Of a stretch of DNA of 64,000 nucleotides, positions 39,057 to 51,900 are shown one piece after another. Position numbers and translations under genes: made by a program. The DNA is taken from NCBI GenBank assembly GCA_003344405.1, contig NOWV01000013.1, forward strand, positions 62,001 through 126,000, read 5' to 3'. Origin of the DNA: Trichoplax sp. H2. Its lineage: Eukaryota. The notes below the pieces were generated by a model, which saw only the letters and a program-made list of their open reading frames with translations, was not told the origin of the DNA and ran no database searches. Position 1 is the stretch's first letter. Every line of letters starts with the position of its first letter.

Positions 39057-40020
39057 GATTTCATCTAAACAAGTTTTTATTATTGATTCCTATGCAACGA
39101 GTCGGTAATTGTAGTAATATCTTGATTTTTTTGTCTATCTGGTAACAGCAAGTTCAATCTCTCCTTTCCTAAGCGTGAAAATGATTGTAGCTTATTCTAA
39201 TCCATGCTTGCTATATTAATTATATTGTCTGGAAAAATCATCATATGATAATCAACTAATAAAAATATTGCGGGCATGAGTTATTTGGCTTATGTAAAGC
39301 CAACTACTCAACAAAAGGTCACGTTAGTAAAATCAGCAGTAACATTAATCATGAATACAATCGTTAGCATCCTTTCGTTCACAACATGAGGCCTTAGATG
39401 TACTACCGAAAATAATATTCTGGACAATATAAAATTATTTGGTGCATAATAAAGCTACGCAATGGTAAGGTAATCATGATGGAAATTATGATTTGTTACT
39501 TAATTCAGGTAGGATTATCATCATCTTCAATTAAAGGGATACCTAGTGATTGATGGCCTGTATCAATCATTCGTTGTACTAAATATATCTTTATAACTTT
39601 TAGTTAAGAGAAGACTCTAAAAGGAGATAAATTCAATGTATAATCTTATCAAAATAGTTATTATCCTACTCATTATAGATAGCCATTTATTACTTTAATT
39701 CCCTATAGAATATAGGCTTCTTTTATGGTATATTTTCATTTGTTTCTATTACAACGACTCGTACATCAAACCCCTATGAAAATATTTAGATAAGTGCTTA
39801 TGGTACAAGAAGTTGCTGTTGATTATAATTTACTTTACACAAACATTCCTCTGATTATGATACTATTCTGAGTACTATGCATAAACGATTGGATACCTTC
39901 CCTTTTATTAATTTTCTATTCTCTTGATTCCCTTCTATTTGTAGGAGCTCTATAATCATCCTATGCCAAACACATTTCCACCCCATACTTGTACATCAGA
40001 AGCAAAAAGTAATTGTTGTA

Positions 40021-40230
40021 CACTGAGATACCACCAGTTAAGCTGGTAAAATAAAATCTATTTCAAAGCGAACTTTCCCTAGCTGAGTTCTGTTTCTACC
40101 TTGTTTTTCTGCTTACTTGTGTGCTTTTTATACTGAGATACTATCTTTTAGGCTGGTGAAATAAATCTATTTCAAAACGAACTTTCTCTAACTTAGTTCT
40201 ATTTTCTACTTTGTTCTTTCTGTTTACTTC
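40021..40230. repeat. Diverged tandem duplication, ~110-bp unit x2
   Basis: actgagatac...gctggt(a/g)aaataaa(a)tctatttcaaa occurs at about 40022 and 40132. Confidence 0.85.
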
Positions 40231-40639
40231 CATAGTAGGTTAGAACTGCACACTTTCATTCCAAGTAGTTATTTATTATTGCCACTTTATCGTTACTGGC
40301 GATAAATAAAAGGTACTACGCATTTTTCTCATTGCTACTTTTTTATTCCCTCTCTCCCATTCCTATTGTATATGTTATACATATCTCCTGCAACATATTA
40401 TTATCAATCTCTCATTCTTATACAAATAAAATAGACTTCTATAGAAGAAGTAAACTATTCCAATTACTCTTTCATCTTTATAAATAATTCTTTCCTGCTG
40501 TTCTTTCTAAACTATGAAAACAAATCCTTAACATCTATTTCGTTAGCTAGTTCCACTAGTATTATAGTAAGCTTCCAAAGCATTATAACTGCAATACCAC
40601 TAGCATAGCGTCGATAAGTAAATGTCAACGGAAAACCCA

Positions 40640-41100
40640 AAATATTTATATACACTCTCCAAATTGGCTTTGATAATTAATGAATAATGTGCAATACTGT
40701 GTCGTACTTTGGACTAGATATAGTATGATGATTTAGAGTAGACCAGAGAAACCTTGCTGGAATCCTAGGTGAAAAAATTTGAATATATTGTAGTACAACT
40801 AGAAGATTGTAAATAGAAAGACTTCAAGATTAGCCTATAATATTTTATACTTTCTCTAAATTGGCTTTGATCATGAACAATATGCAATACCATATCGTAC
40901 CGCATATTTAGACTAAATATGGTAGTTTAGATAGGATAAGAGGACCATCGCTAGAATTATACGTGAAAAATCAAATCTATCCTCATACAATTGGCGTAGC
41001 AGATACAGAAGGGTTTCAATGAAAAGCTCAAGCTATTTTTACACTTTTTCTAAATTGGCTTTGATAGTAGACTTAATGCAATATTATGTCCTTGTTTAAA
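40640..41100. repeat. Diverged tandem repeat, ~200-bp unit, about 2.3 copies
   Basis: acact(c/t)t(c/t)..aaattggctttgat recurs at about 40652, 40848 and 41041, with collinear downstream sequence. Confidence 0.8.
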
Positions 41101-41799
41101 CTAATTTTGAGAAATAAGTACCTATATGAATAGCTCGTTATTTCTTCATCTCTCTGCTCGCTCTAATATAGCATTTTTGTGCTAAAATTATATATAAATC
41201 TTTCTATTCATCATCAACTATACGTCCAACTATCATGGAATGACAGTACTTTTCTTTTACGTGCATATCTATGCTATATCTAGTTGTGCAGGCGCTACTT
41301 TTTCTGCCTTAATTTCTCTCTATCACTTCTGTTGGCTAACTAATATAAAAGTCATTGAGAACAAAAATCTGGCTAGTAAAAAACAATTTGAAAATCTTTG
41401 CATTTATTCATTTAAGTAAATAATTTGATAATTAGTTAATGAAAATGACAATCCAAATGATCCACGTATAAAAACAAAATGTGTACAGCAATACTATGGA
41501 ATACTACCAATTTCGGTAGATGCATAATCTACGGTATGAGAGATTTGTATTAAGTCAGACAAAAAATTCATCTGTTCTAATGATATATCAATCAAGATTT
41601 TATACTTTTCTTACCGATCATCAACGATGATTCTGTGTAGAAACTAACTTAAGCCTAGATAGATCAGTAATGTTGTATAGCTGCATGTATTACTTTAAGC
41701 TAGAGAGAGCATATCAGCTTTTACTTTTATTTATGAAGTCATAAAATTGAAAGTAGACCCAGTATTAATAAACGATAGAACTGGAACATTAATATTTGA

Positions 41800-42325
41800 A
41801 TTTTCAAAATGTCAAGGCATACCTCATGAAAATTATATTTCTCTTAACCTTTTTCTTCTAACCAATATAGAAGACCAGAATAAATAGGATCTGAATCCTA
41901 CTTGCATAGTAATCTTTTCACTTTCCAATATAAATTATACCTATATATCTGACAATCTCGATATCATCAATCTACCAGCCACTTATGAATTATAAGAGGA
42001 TGTGCAGGTTTATCACTTCAAAATGTCAAGGACAACCTTACATCATGAAAACTATATATTTCGCTCAGTTTTCTTTTCTGCTAACTAAATCAGCAGACCA
42101 AAATAAATTGAGATTTTGAATCCTACTTACATAGAGATCTTTTCACTTTTCAATAGAAACTGTACTTATATAACGTCATTTTGTGTTTTTCGATTAAATC
42201 GCTTACTCAATCTCTTCTGAGAAATAGGATAGACACCAATATATTTATCATTAACCTATCAGTCACTGATGGATTACAAGAAGTGAACAAGGTTTGCTTC
42301 TTCAAAATACCAAGGACTGCTTTAC
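41800..42325. repeat. Diverged tandem repeat, ~215-285-bp period, abutting the stop codon of membrane gene copy 2
   Basis: ttcaaaat(g/a)(t/c)caagg occurs at about 41803, 42017 and 42301. tgaatcctactt(g/a)catag...tttcacttt occurs at about 41892 and 42117. Confidence 0.8.
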
Positions 42326-42326
42326 G

Positions 42327-43475
42327 TTATGATACAGTGGAGCTCCGACTTTGACGGTATGGATTGATTTTCTGACGGCAGCTATTTTGAAAAAGTATCT
42401 TGTAATGGACGATTAAAGCAATATAAGCAATCAAGGGCATTAATGCAATGGTTAAAAATATAATTAAGGCATTAATCACAGTGATAGAATCAAATCGACA
42501 TGTTATAAAAAGTAAAAAGACAGTGATAAAAAAGGTTGATGATGCTGCCATTGCAATATAACCAGCTGCTCGAATCCAATCGATAAAGATGTCAGAAATT
42601 AATGTTAAAAATGGATTTGTCAGTAGAATATGGAAACGCATGGATAAGTAGGTTAGTGATATAGGAACATAAAAAATGGAAACGACCGCAATAGTAGTAA
42701 TACAAGCCAGTAGAAAAATAAAAGTGGATTTACACCAAGTTAAATGATGAACTTGATAATGAATAATATGGTGATTTCTTGAACATCGATGAAGAATGGT
42801 GGCAATATAACAAAATGCACATAGTGTAATCAGCAATGTAGACATTATTTTCAAGGCCAAAATCCAATCGTTTTGAACTCCATTGGATATAATGCTGCAA
42901 TTACTAATGTTTGTTTTATGTTGATGAGAATGATGATAGTTATACCAACAGTAAGCACAATTTAATTGTGTATTAGTAAATTGTTGATTGTATAACATCA
43001 ATGTGATACAAATGATGGGCACAACCTGCATCAATAATAATTGCAGTCTGGATATGAATGAAACGATGGCCATTTCGCCATTTTTATATTCTGCCAATGG
43101 AGTCTTCCATAGTATCCATTGATGTAAGATAAAAACAACATCTGCTAAACTACCAATGGTAAAAAATATGCATAAACGTATGAAATTGGCTTGATAACCA
43201 TAGAATAGTGGAATTAATTCATCATGACTTTGATTACAGCAGTCTAATTGATCATAATAACATCTCCAATTTGGATTGGAAACAAGTTGATGGTTACCAT
43301 TATCAACCAGATTTCGTAATGCTGTTAACCAAATTCGACTTGCAATTAATAGCTTAATATCACAATACTTATTGAATGCCACTAGAATAACATGAAATAG
43401 TTTAAAGGCTAAGCCAATCCAAGTTGTATTGAATTCGGCTATTAGTAATAATTTCTGTTTCCAATTGATAGCCAT
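42327..43475 (-). CDS. Intronless multipass membrane protein, XK/Xkr-like family copy 2 (382 aa)
   Basis: ORF with about 7-8 hydrophobic segments, CYYDQLDCC loop, SRLQLLLMQVVP motif and NCAYC...C loop. Confidence 0.8.
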   Translation of the reverse strand: MAINWKQKLLLIAEFNTTWIGLAFKLFHVILVAFNKYCDIKLLIASRIWLTALRNLVDNGNHQLVSNPNWRCYYDQLDCCNQSHDELIPLFYGYQANFIRLCIFFTIGSLADVVFILHQWILWKTPLAEYKNGEMAIVSFISRLQLLLMQVVPIICITLMLYNQQFTNTQLNCAYCWYNYHHSHQHKTNISNCSIISNGVQNDWILALKIMSTLLITLCAFCYIATILHRCSRNHHIIHYQVHHLTWCKSTFIFLLACITTIAVVSIFYVPISLTYLSMRFHILLTNPFLTLISDIFIDWIRAAGYIAMAASSTFFITVFLLFITCRFDSITVINALIIFLTIALMPLIAYIALIVHYKILFQNSCRQKINPYRQSRSSTVS

Positions 43476-43559
43476 CAGTAGTCTAATTTGTTAAACCAAA
43501 ATAGAGAATAAATGTTAGCAATAGTAATTTTTTTGCTTTACTTAGGAAAGACTCATGAA

Positions 43560-45050
43560 AGTTTAAACAGTTCTTGCATAGATGGGAATTATGGCAAGCC
43601 ACTTTGTACTCCTATAAGATTAAATTTAAGCTTTGGCTAACGCAGACTTGTGTCAAACTAGTTCGATTTGTAGATGCTTTCCAGCCCTGACTGATCTTTC
43701 AGCAGCAAGACGTAGGTGAGAAACTTGCTCTTAGAACAAATAACTCGTAATAATAGTTAGACTAATCGATGAGAACAAGCTTTGGAGCATAAGGTGATGA
43801 TTACTAAACCTTCTTTATACCGATTAATAATTCATTAAATAAAATTGCAGTTAGAATAAACTAGTCTGTTAAGAAAGAATTCCTCCAACGACAGCTACAT
43901 TCTCTGGAAATATCTTGACTACCAAAGTAGAAGGATACAGATTTCAAGCAGCAATAAGCTATATACTGCAAGTAAAATCTCAATAGTGAAGTAGCACTAT
44001 TCTTCCCTTACTATAGGTTACTTTTTAGCTTAGAGTTGAAATAAAATCTTTTAAAAGTTGCCTCTTGAAAAATAACGTGGATTGATCCAATTTTTAACGA
44101 CTATGAACTATTTTCTCCAAGTTAGGCATCTATAGAATAACGGCAATATACTCAAGAGACGATAAATTGGAATGAAAATCTTTAGATTGCTCCTTTAGCT
44201 GCTACGTAGATGGATCCAAATTCAAACGTTTACAGTTCCTTGCAGTAAGTGAAATCTTGAAAGGATAGGGCAGCAATTCCAATTTCTCAGAAGTGATCGA
44301 TTAGTCTCTCTCGAAGATTTTAAACTATAAATTTTGAATCATGCCTCTTGCAAACGATGTAGAGATCAAGATCTAAGTGTTGTGAGATAACTGCCCTAAT
44401 GAAATGACTCAAAAATAGTTTTAATATCTACAGGAGGCAATAAATTATTCTATCTTCCCAATTTGAATAACAATTTTAAAGATAAGCGCCACTTGCAAAT
44501 TGTCCAATCTACCGATAACGAAAAGTCTTTCTACCTTGAAAGCAGATTGAAAAAATGGTCTAAAAAGTGAATCAATTGACCAAATATTGCGATAAAGCAT
44601 CAAGCACAACAGTTCTTTAAGATGAAATTTTTTTTACATGGAAGAGATCATGCATTAATTTTGCTACGAAATGCAGTTCTATCAGCTAGAAGTCGAAACT
44701 TTTCTATTTATTCGTTCTAGCATCAGTCAATGATTAGATATGATAAAAATTTTTATATTAAATTTACAAGTCCAGCTTTGAAGTAGATTTTAAGATGGAT
44801 ATTGCTGCAATTTCTTTATTCGTAGGCTATTAGCAACAAAAAACTAAATCAAGACTTAAAAAATAAATGACAAAAGTTGTTGTATTGCACATCAATTTAT
44901 AAAGACGTTAGAAAGCTAATTCAAAAGATTAAGCGTTGATAGTCAACACATACAAATAGAATTTTTAAAAGGAAATAATTCAAAATTTAGCTTAGTAATT
45001 ACATCAATTATCAATAGAGAGAAGAAAACTTTTCTTTATAACTTAATTAT
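43560..45050 (-). pseudogene. Decayed leucine-rich-repeat coding sequence
   Basis: Broken minus-strand frames give LSTLNLLN (~44935), LKSTSKLDL (~44780), HLKEL (~44615), YLTTLRS (~44380), LSFQDFTYCKEL (~44250), NLEKIVHSR*KL (~44105), IFQEATFK (~44060) and SLEEFFLNRL (~43875). These fit the LxxLxLxxNxL/xxxF LRR pattern. Confidence 0.55.
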
Positions 45051-45479
45051 CCGATTATATACTAAACTTGATGATGATATCAACTCCCCAATAGTTCTTA
45101 TCGTATGATATATCCTAGCAGGAATGGTTTAATGTGGACTGGTTTTACTAATAATCATTCATTAATTTTATGGATCAGTATTGTCTAAGTAAAAAAATCA
45201 ACCATCTTCTCTTGTTGACTACAAATTACAGTAGTATTGGCCCTGCTTTGAATTTAATTTGTACTTTCAATATTTTAACGACCTTGACTGTAAAATTAGG
45301 AGTGGGCTATAATCTAAAAGTTGGAGACTGATTGGACTAACTCGTTCAATCGATTGGATTGATCAATGTTTGTTGATAAAAGTAGACGAAAATGAGAATA
45401 GTATAATGATATTTCAATTCGTAAGATGACAATCATCGTGATGATGCAATTCTTAATATTAGTTTAACGTGTTGAATAA

Positions 45480-45871
45480 AAATACAAACTACTACATGGA
45501 ATGGAAAATAAACGGGTAAAATTGCTTCTATCCCTTGCCACTCCTGTGTACTGTAATTATTGATTTAACGATGTATAGTTTTTACTTTTTTCTACCAATT
45601 TGATTGATTGAATCATGGTTGACAATAATTATCATTATAGACTAACATTAAAAGCAACATGGCATCCAAATTCGAATACATCTCCTTGGAAATAAATTAA
45701 TTAAATTAGTGTTGATTCTTTTCCATCATTGTCGATTTGAATAGCAATTGATTAATGGAAATGATTATTATTCATAATTGACATCGCCGGTATACAATTA
45801 TGCAAATATGGATAGATGAATAAAAGGAGAATAGAATAGTTTCTTGGCTAGCCTATAGTCCATCTTGCCAT
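45480..45871 (-). pseudogene. Possible heavily decayed relic of the membrane-protein family
   Basis: Hydrophobic start (YSILLLFIYPYL), then IIISINQLLFKSTMMEKN and LINLFPRRCIRIWMPCC (C-x5-CC), in the same order as in copy 1. Needs frameshifts. Confidence 0.25.
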
Positions 45872-46764
45872 AGTTATGATAATGTTCATTTAATCTTTTT
45901 CATTCTATTTTTACTCTAGCGATCTATAGGAAAATAATTTATTGATTCAACTGTTCCTCTCGCTGTATATTGTATTTAAAGTAAACTGTATTCTTATTCT
46001 ATTCTATCTCTACAAGAAGATACTTATAAGTTATTCTTTCTATCAACTTTCTTCTTTTCAGCCTTTTTTCATTGTGTCTAAAGTGATGACTGAACGTGAC
46101 CGTATGCGAAATCGGTCATTTTGCAAACTGCCCAGGTTATTCTATTCTTCACCAGACTAGAAGAGAAATGTATACAAATGATTCTTCCTTTCCATCGCCT
46201 ACTTTTTAATATTCTTTATTGTACTCATAGTAATTGTTATTTTCCAGTATAATAAATACTCAAGACAGAAGTAGACTCATTGCCTTCCGGATTATTCAAT
46301 TTTTTACTAGACGAGAAGAGAATTATATTCTTTCTCTTTCAAGCTATAAAATAATAATTCAATTTTATAGGAATTCCATCCATTAAAATAATATATTGTA
46401 TTCATGTTGAACTTGACACAGTTTGGTTATGACAAAAAGACAAATTACTCAGATTAATTTTCACGAAATGCATTTATCATCACGAGAAGATGGAAATAGT
46501 ATTGTACTGAGCTAGATTTATATTATCCTTTTCAAATTCTATCATATTTTGATCCGAGGAAAATAGGAAATGCTAGATTAATTAATCTTATTAGATAGGA
46601 TGACGGACTATCTTAATTTGTACTAGAATCAGTATTACGGGGTTGATATAAAGATTTCATCACAGATGATATTCAATTTTAGAGTATTTAAGCTAATAGA
46701 TCGATAATTAATTTACCGCAAAATGCTTGAGAATAGCATGTCTAATAAGCGCTCGAGATTGAAA

Positions 46765-47055
46765 CGTTTCTTTCCGATCATCCAGTGATTAGAGCTGATA
46801 TTCAATGGTGCTTGGAATCAGAAATTTTAGTATATACTAAATATATTTCCTCATTCATTTCATGATTAAAATATTTTCTTTCTGATCATCTAATTAACAG
46901 ATTTGATACTCGATTATGCTTGATTTCAGAAATTTCTTAATATACTCGTATATGAAATGTATCAAGGTACCTCGCTCGTCTAGTGATTAAGATATTTTCT
47001 TTTCTATCATCTAACTAATGGACTGATACTCAGTAATGTTTGATTTTAGAAGTCT
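46765..47055. repeat. Diverged tandem repeat, ~100-130-bp unit x3
   Basis: ttctttc(c/t)(g/-)atcatc(c/t)a...tgata(t/c)tc...gcttg..tcagaaattt recurs at about 46768, 46877 and 46997. Confidence 0.8.
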
Positions 47056-47079
47056 TATTATTTATTATGCTCGATATAT

Positions 47080-48300
47080 TGCCTAGCATATCTGAAATTT
47101 AATAACATTCTACTCCAAGAATTGAAGCCCGTCTTCAATAGACTGCTTCTGTTATTCCAAGCCAGGACAAGGGCTACATAAGTTTTCTTCTTAGTAGTCC
47201 CTGGTTATAGGGCCGATGTTTGAAAGTATTTCATCTTCAAAGATTTAAAAGCAATCATTGCAGAAGTTACCCCAATTAACCCAAGTTTAGAATGTCTTCT
47301 GTTGCTACAAAATTTTCTTATTCACTAAATCAAACTAATGATATACATCTACACCCAGTTCAAAAATGTAAGTAGGTAACACATAAATTTTAAGATTAGA
47401 TTACTTGATAATATTACAGACTAAATATCTCTATATCATTAAATGAATAAATTCTACTAGCAGTAGTATTCCATGGCAAAAAATTTGAATGCGCATCATG
47501 TAAGCCCCTTCACTATCCTGAAGATTAAGACATTTCAAAACACCAACATTGAAATTCTTTCTTATAATCTATTGAATAGATCTAATCAAATGCATATTTA
47601 CTCGATCATATTCGATCTCAAGGATCTCAGCTATGTATTAGTTAAACGGCTCTAGTAGCTCTCAGGTTAAGACGTAAAAGAATTGAAATAGATCAAGATC
47701 TACGAGCTGAAATTCCTGCTGCGGTCTAGCCTCTTAGAGAATACAGCGCTTTATTGCTCATTTATTCAATCACAAAGATATTTATTTCTGATAATTACAT
47801 TAACTACTAGCACATCAACTATCCTAAGATTAAAATAGAAGTAAGGGAAAATATGAATATTTTAAAACATTAGAGACTATAGTTTTTTAATCTTCATTTC
47901 TCAAGTTAAACAATTATTATTACATTTCTCAATTTCAAGAGTTTGGCAAAGTACCTAAAACTTACTGTACATCAACTATCCTATGATTTGAGAATCCTAT
48001 TACAAACGAATTCAGATTTCTTCGATCATCTGCTTGAGAGATCGGATATTCGATAATATTCTAGCTTAGATGATCTGGGAAAAATTGAGATTGAAAGCAC
48101 CATAGTTATTCTAAAAATAACGTATTGGAAAATTAGGATATTTCTTGAAACTTTCATCATAGTTGCTCTAATTGATAGCTTCAACGCACAAAATTCCCTA
48201 TCTCCAAGGACCTTAAAATATGCTAGACAATTCATTTGTACAGTGCAAAAGATTAACATCTCTCACAATATTTAAGGTTTTAAATTGTTCTCCTTGCTAT
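47080..48300 (-). pseudogene. Decayed leucine-rich-repeat coding sequence (second block)
   Basis: Broken frames give YDESFKKYPNF (~48150), KLEYYRISDLS (~48050), NHRIVDV (~47978), NLRIVDV (~47820), LVDLDL (~47698), EILEIEY (~47618), LKCLNLQD (~47528), VALVLAWN (~47168) and QSIEDG (~47138). Confidence 0.5.
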
Positions 48301-50200
48301 AATTGCATGAAACAGGAAACAGATATTCAAAACGCAATTATAAGCACACAGTATACAAATTTTTTTCCTGTAATATTAAAGTAATAGCAATTATCTAATA
48401 CTTGAGTAGAAGCACTTTGTTCATCCAATATTTATCCGTGTTTGGACAATATTGCAGTATTGGAGGTAATATCAGCGGTATGGATATTATTCCATAAATA
48501 ATGAGGCTGTACACCAAAATTTATATCAAAATATACCTATTATCTTTACGACAACAGAAAAAAAACTAAATAATTAGAAAATTGAATTTTTAATGATTTA
48601 CATATTAGTAGTACGAGTTGTGTCATTAGATAGCCAATTAATCCTTTACTTTTACTTCAGTTTGGACTTTTATCGTAGGAAAGAATTAAGTCATAGTAAT
48701 ATAATCAATACTTAATTAATAATATTGCTACAGATGGAGTATATACGAAACACTCAACTATAATTGTTACAATCATTTAAAATTAATTATTTTCATGACA
48801 TCCTCATAGATAATACTAAATTAAATTAATTGCTTGATGAAAAAATTAGCTATTCAGAAAAAATAGAGTAGACAAGACTATTGATCATTATTGGATACCA
48901 TTACATAAGACCTGTCTTATTTCTATACCTTTCCTAAAATCAAAAGTTTCTTTTCAATTAAGGCATAACTATTTCTATAATAACGCGGTTTGATCTCTCA
49001 ATATACCCTATATGTATCATAATATTGAATCAAATCAGTTCTCTCCGCCTACCTTAATTACATATTAGCATGAATCAAATAGTGATTTGCAATCTGGGAA
49101 GTAAAATAATCTACGATTGTACTTTCAGTTAAGGGAAAAATTTATTCTTTATAATGATCTATTTGAGTCTAAATGAATAATTAGTCGTCAATACACTGCA
49201 TATCCCTAGCACAGCATCTACATCACCGTAGCTCTATATATAAAGTATACCTGAATAACATCTACAATAATATATTTAAGAGCTATTTTATTTTGAATAA
49301 GTAAGCTCTACGATTTACGCTGGGTAGGGATTTGTCAAGGTATTTTTCAATTTGATTTCAGATCGTACGCGTGTTTGTAGGGTTTTTTTATTATTGACAT
49401 TTATAATTCATAACATTACTATAATAAAAACTTTGGCAAAAATCATTTCTGCAGTAATACTATCTATTAACTGGTATACGGTGTAGTTTTACTTTAAAAT
49501 ACTACAAAAAAAACACTGACTAGGTAGAATTTACTTCTCATATTATGGACTAGAACTTATTAATACAGAAGTATTCTTATCAATGCAAAGATCACTTACT
49601 AATTTACTTAAAGAATATAATATAATTTGCTAATCGAATGCGATTTCAGTCAATGATTTACAAAATTGAGCTGTTATATACAGAATACTGAAATACTAGA
49701 TGGCCAACAGAAAAGTCTAGTGCAATATAACTCCGAGAGCTTTTTCTGCAAATAATTAAATTAGACAGTTTTCGATAGAAATTTTAACCTTTCATCATCA
49801 CATCATTGAATATCAGATCAAGGCAGAAACCAGAAATGATTTCCAAGAAAACGTTGCTATGATGCAGCATAGTTTTGCACTACTATACAATAATTCTAGG
49901 ATAGGGAAACAGCAAAGACCTTGAAACTTTTATACATGCTTTATTATTAAGCATCATAATAGCTAAGTACAAATACAGAAATGTATGATGAAAATACATT
50001 AACAATTTTAACTAACCGTTAACATTTAATAGCCATCATTCTTAGAAACATCGATAGGTCTCATATCGTGATGCCTGCTTAGAGCAAACTATCTCATAGG
50101 ATATCAATTTCAGTAAATATTTCTAGCTGTGATAAAGTAATCAATTGATTTTATTACAGCAATTTACTACGATACCAAATCTTGAGATATATTTTATATT

Positions 50201-51307
50201 TTAAAAATCAGGGTGAATTAAATAATTATCTGGAGTAATTCTAGATAGTGATGTAACATCTTGACATATGACGGTTTTACAAATTAAAAAAATGTAAAAT
50301 GTCATCAAAATACCTATCAAAGGCATCAATAGGATACCAAGATAGGCAATCAAGATTGTTATAGCCCAATCTGTGATCATCTCATCTCCAAATATATATA
50401 AACAGATGATCAGTATAGGATAAAGTACAGCAGCTATACTAACAGTAATACCTAATGCAACAGTCCAGTTGCTAAATATATTTACAGATGGTTGTAATGG
50501 CGGAGTTGTTAACGGATAAAGCCAAGTAATTAAAGGTATTGGCCAACTCAATAACGATGTCATGAAGAAACTAGTCAACGTAGTTAACAGAAAAATAGTT
50601 ACATAGATCGATATTTGATGTCGATTGGTTTTGTGACACGTTTTCAATATGATGATGGCATTTGTGAATATTAATAGTGTAAAATAAATAAAAAGATAGG
50701 CTACAACTACCCCAGATGTGGTTAATTTTAAATACAATCCTGGATTACTTGTCCAGCTTAGCGCTAAGTTATAACATTTTTGTAAATTTTGAGTTCTACT
50801 TAGACACTGTAAGCAATTAATTCCCGGAGCTTGACTTTCATAATGATTTAGAATGATTAGTAAACATGTCGTCGGGATGCAATCTATGCTACAGGTCTGT
50901 AATTTTCCAATTAAGAGTGTTAAAGAAAATTTATTATTTTCGATTAATTTCCGATCGCATATCAGCAAGCAAATTTGGGCCAACAAACCAACATCGATAA
51001 TAGTGACAAGGATAAAAATCACGTAGAACAAGGTGTAGGTAACTCTATACTCGTTGTATAATGTAGATAGACTATAATTACCACAACAGGAATGATTTAT
51101 ATTTGTACAGTCCAAAACCAAGTTACTACGATTGTAACGTCCATAGAGATGATGCAAGCTATTCAAAACTTGGGTAGATGAAACTAGGCTAATAGTATTT
51201 GCCACTATATTCAAGACGATGATCAAGAAGTGTCCAAAGGTAAAGTAAGGACCAAAATTATTTTTCTCTAGTCGCAGAAATTTCTTACGCCAATTTCCCT
51301 TATCCAT
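50201..51307 (-). CDS. Intronless multipass membrane protein, XK/Xkr-like family copy 3 (368 aa)
   Basis: ORF with about 7-8 hydrophobic segments, CTNINHSCC loop with N-glycosylation sequons, GKLQTCSIDCIP motif and GINCLQC...C loop. Confidence 0.8.
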   Translation of the reverse strand: MDKGNWRKKFLRLEKNNFGPYFTFGHFLIIVLNIVANTISLVSSTQVLNSLHHLYGRYNRSNLVLDCTNINHSCCGNYSLSTLYNEYRVTYTLFYVIFILVTIIDVGLLAQICLLICDRKLIENNKFSLTLLIGKLQTCSIDCIPTTCLLIILNHYESQAPGINCLQCLSRTQNLQKCYNLALSWTSNPGLYLKLTTSGVVVAYLFIYFTLLIFTNAIIILKTCHKTNRHQISIYVTIFLLTTLTSFFMTSLLSWPIPLITWLYPLTTPPLQPSVNIFSNWTVALGITVSIAAVLYPILIICLYIFGDEMITDWAITILIAYLGILLMPLIGILMTFYIFLICKTVICQDVTSLSRITPDNYLIHPDF

Positions 51308-51529
51308 TCTCTAGCTATACTTCTTAACGTGATTAGATATAATTTTTAATGGCTAAATCAATTTCATTCTATCTTTCAGGATAGACCAAGAAAACGACCT
51401 ATAAAGGCTATGCTACTCTTTCAAACCAATTATTGTAATATTTGACTATTCACCCAATATCCAGCTGCTCTGAGTTGACAATCAATGTTACAAAAGTAGT
51501 GCCACCTTTGCTCTTATTCGTAAATTTAC

Positions 51530-51900
51530 ATTAGCGTTGTCAAGACAATACAATTCTTTCAAGGTCGTATAGCTACTAATGGATGTAGAGTATCATTATT
51601 AATTTGTTGACATAAGATACAATTAAAATAGCTGACAATTGCTTAGCTAAACTATTCTACAACATTATTACAGCAATTTATTAGCCTATCGTCTATACAA
51701 ATATTCGACACCATCGCAATATTAATCAAATTGATTTGAGATCCATCGTAACAATTTAAATTATTTAAAATGATCCTATAGTTCCTGAGGTAAAACAAAA
51801 TTTTATGCCTTACCTGATTGAATATAATAACCCAACAATAATTCCAATAACACAAAATTGAGCTTGCATATTTCCAAATATGCCGGTTATTTTAGCCAAT
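51530..51900 (-). pseudogene. Internally deleted relic of the membrane-protein family
   Basis: One frame reads IILNNLNCYDG...CIDDRLINCCNNVVE*FS*AIVSYFNCILCQQIN...*KNCIVLT. This matches copy 4 loop 1 (FLQNLTYDG...CPNDRNACCGTYDLVE) joined almost directly to loop 2 (INCLQCAIN...KTCTVLS). Confidence 0.7.
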
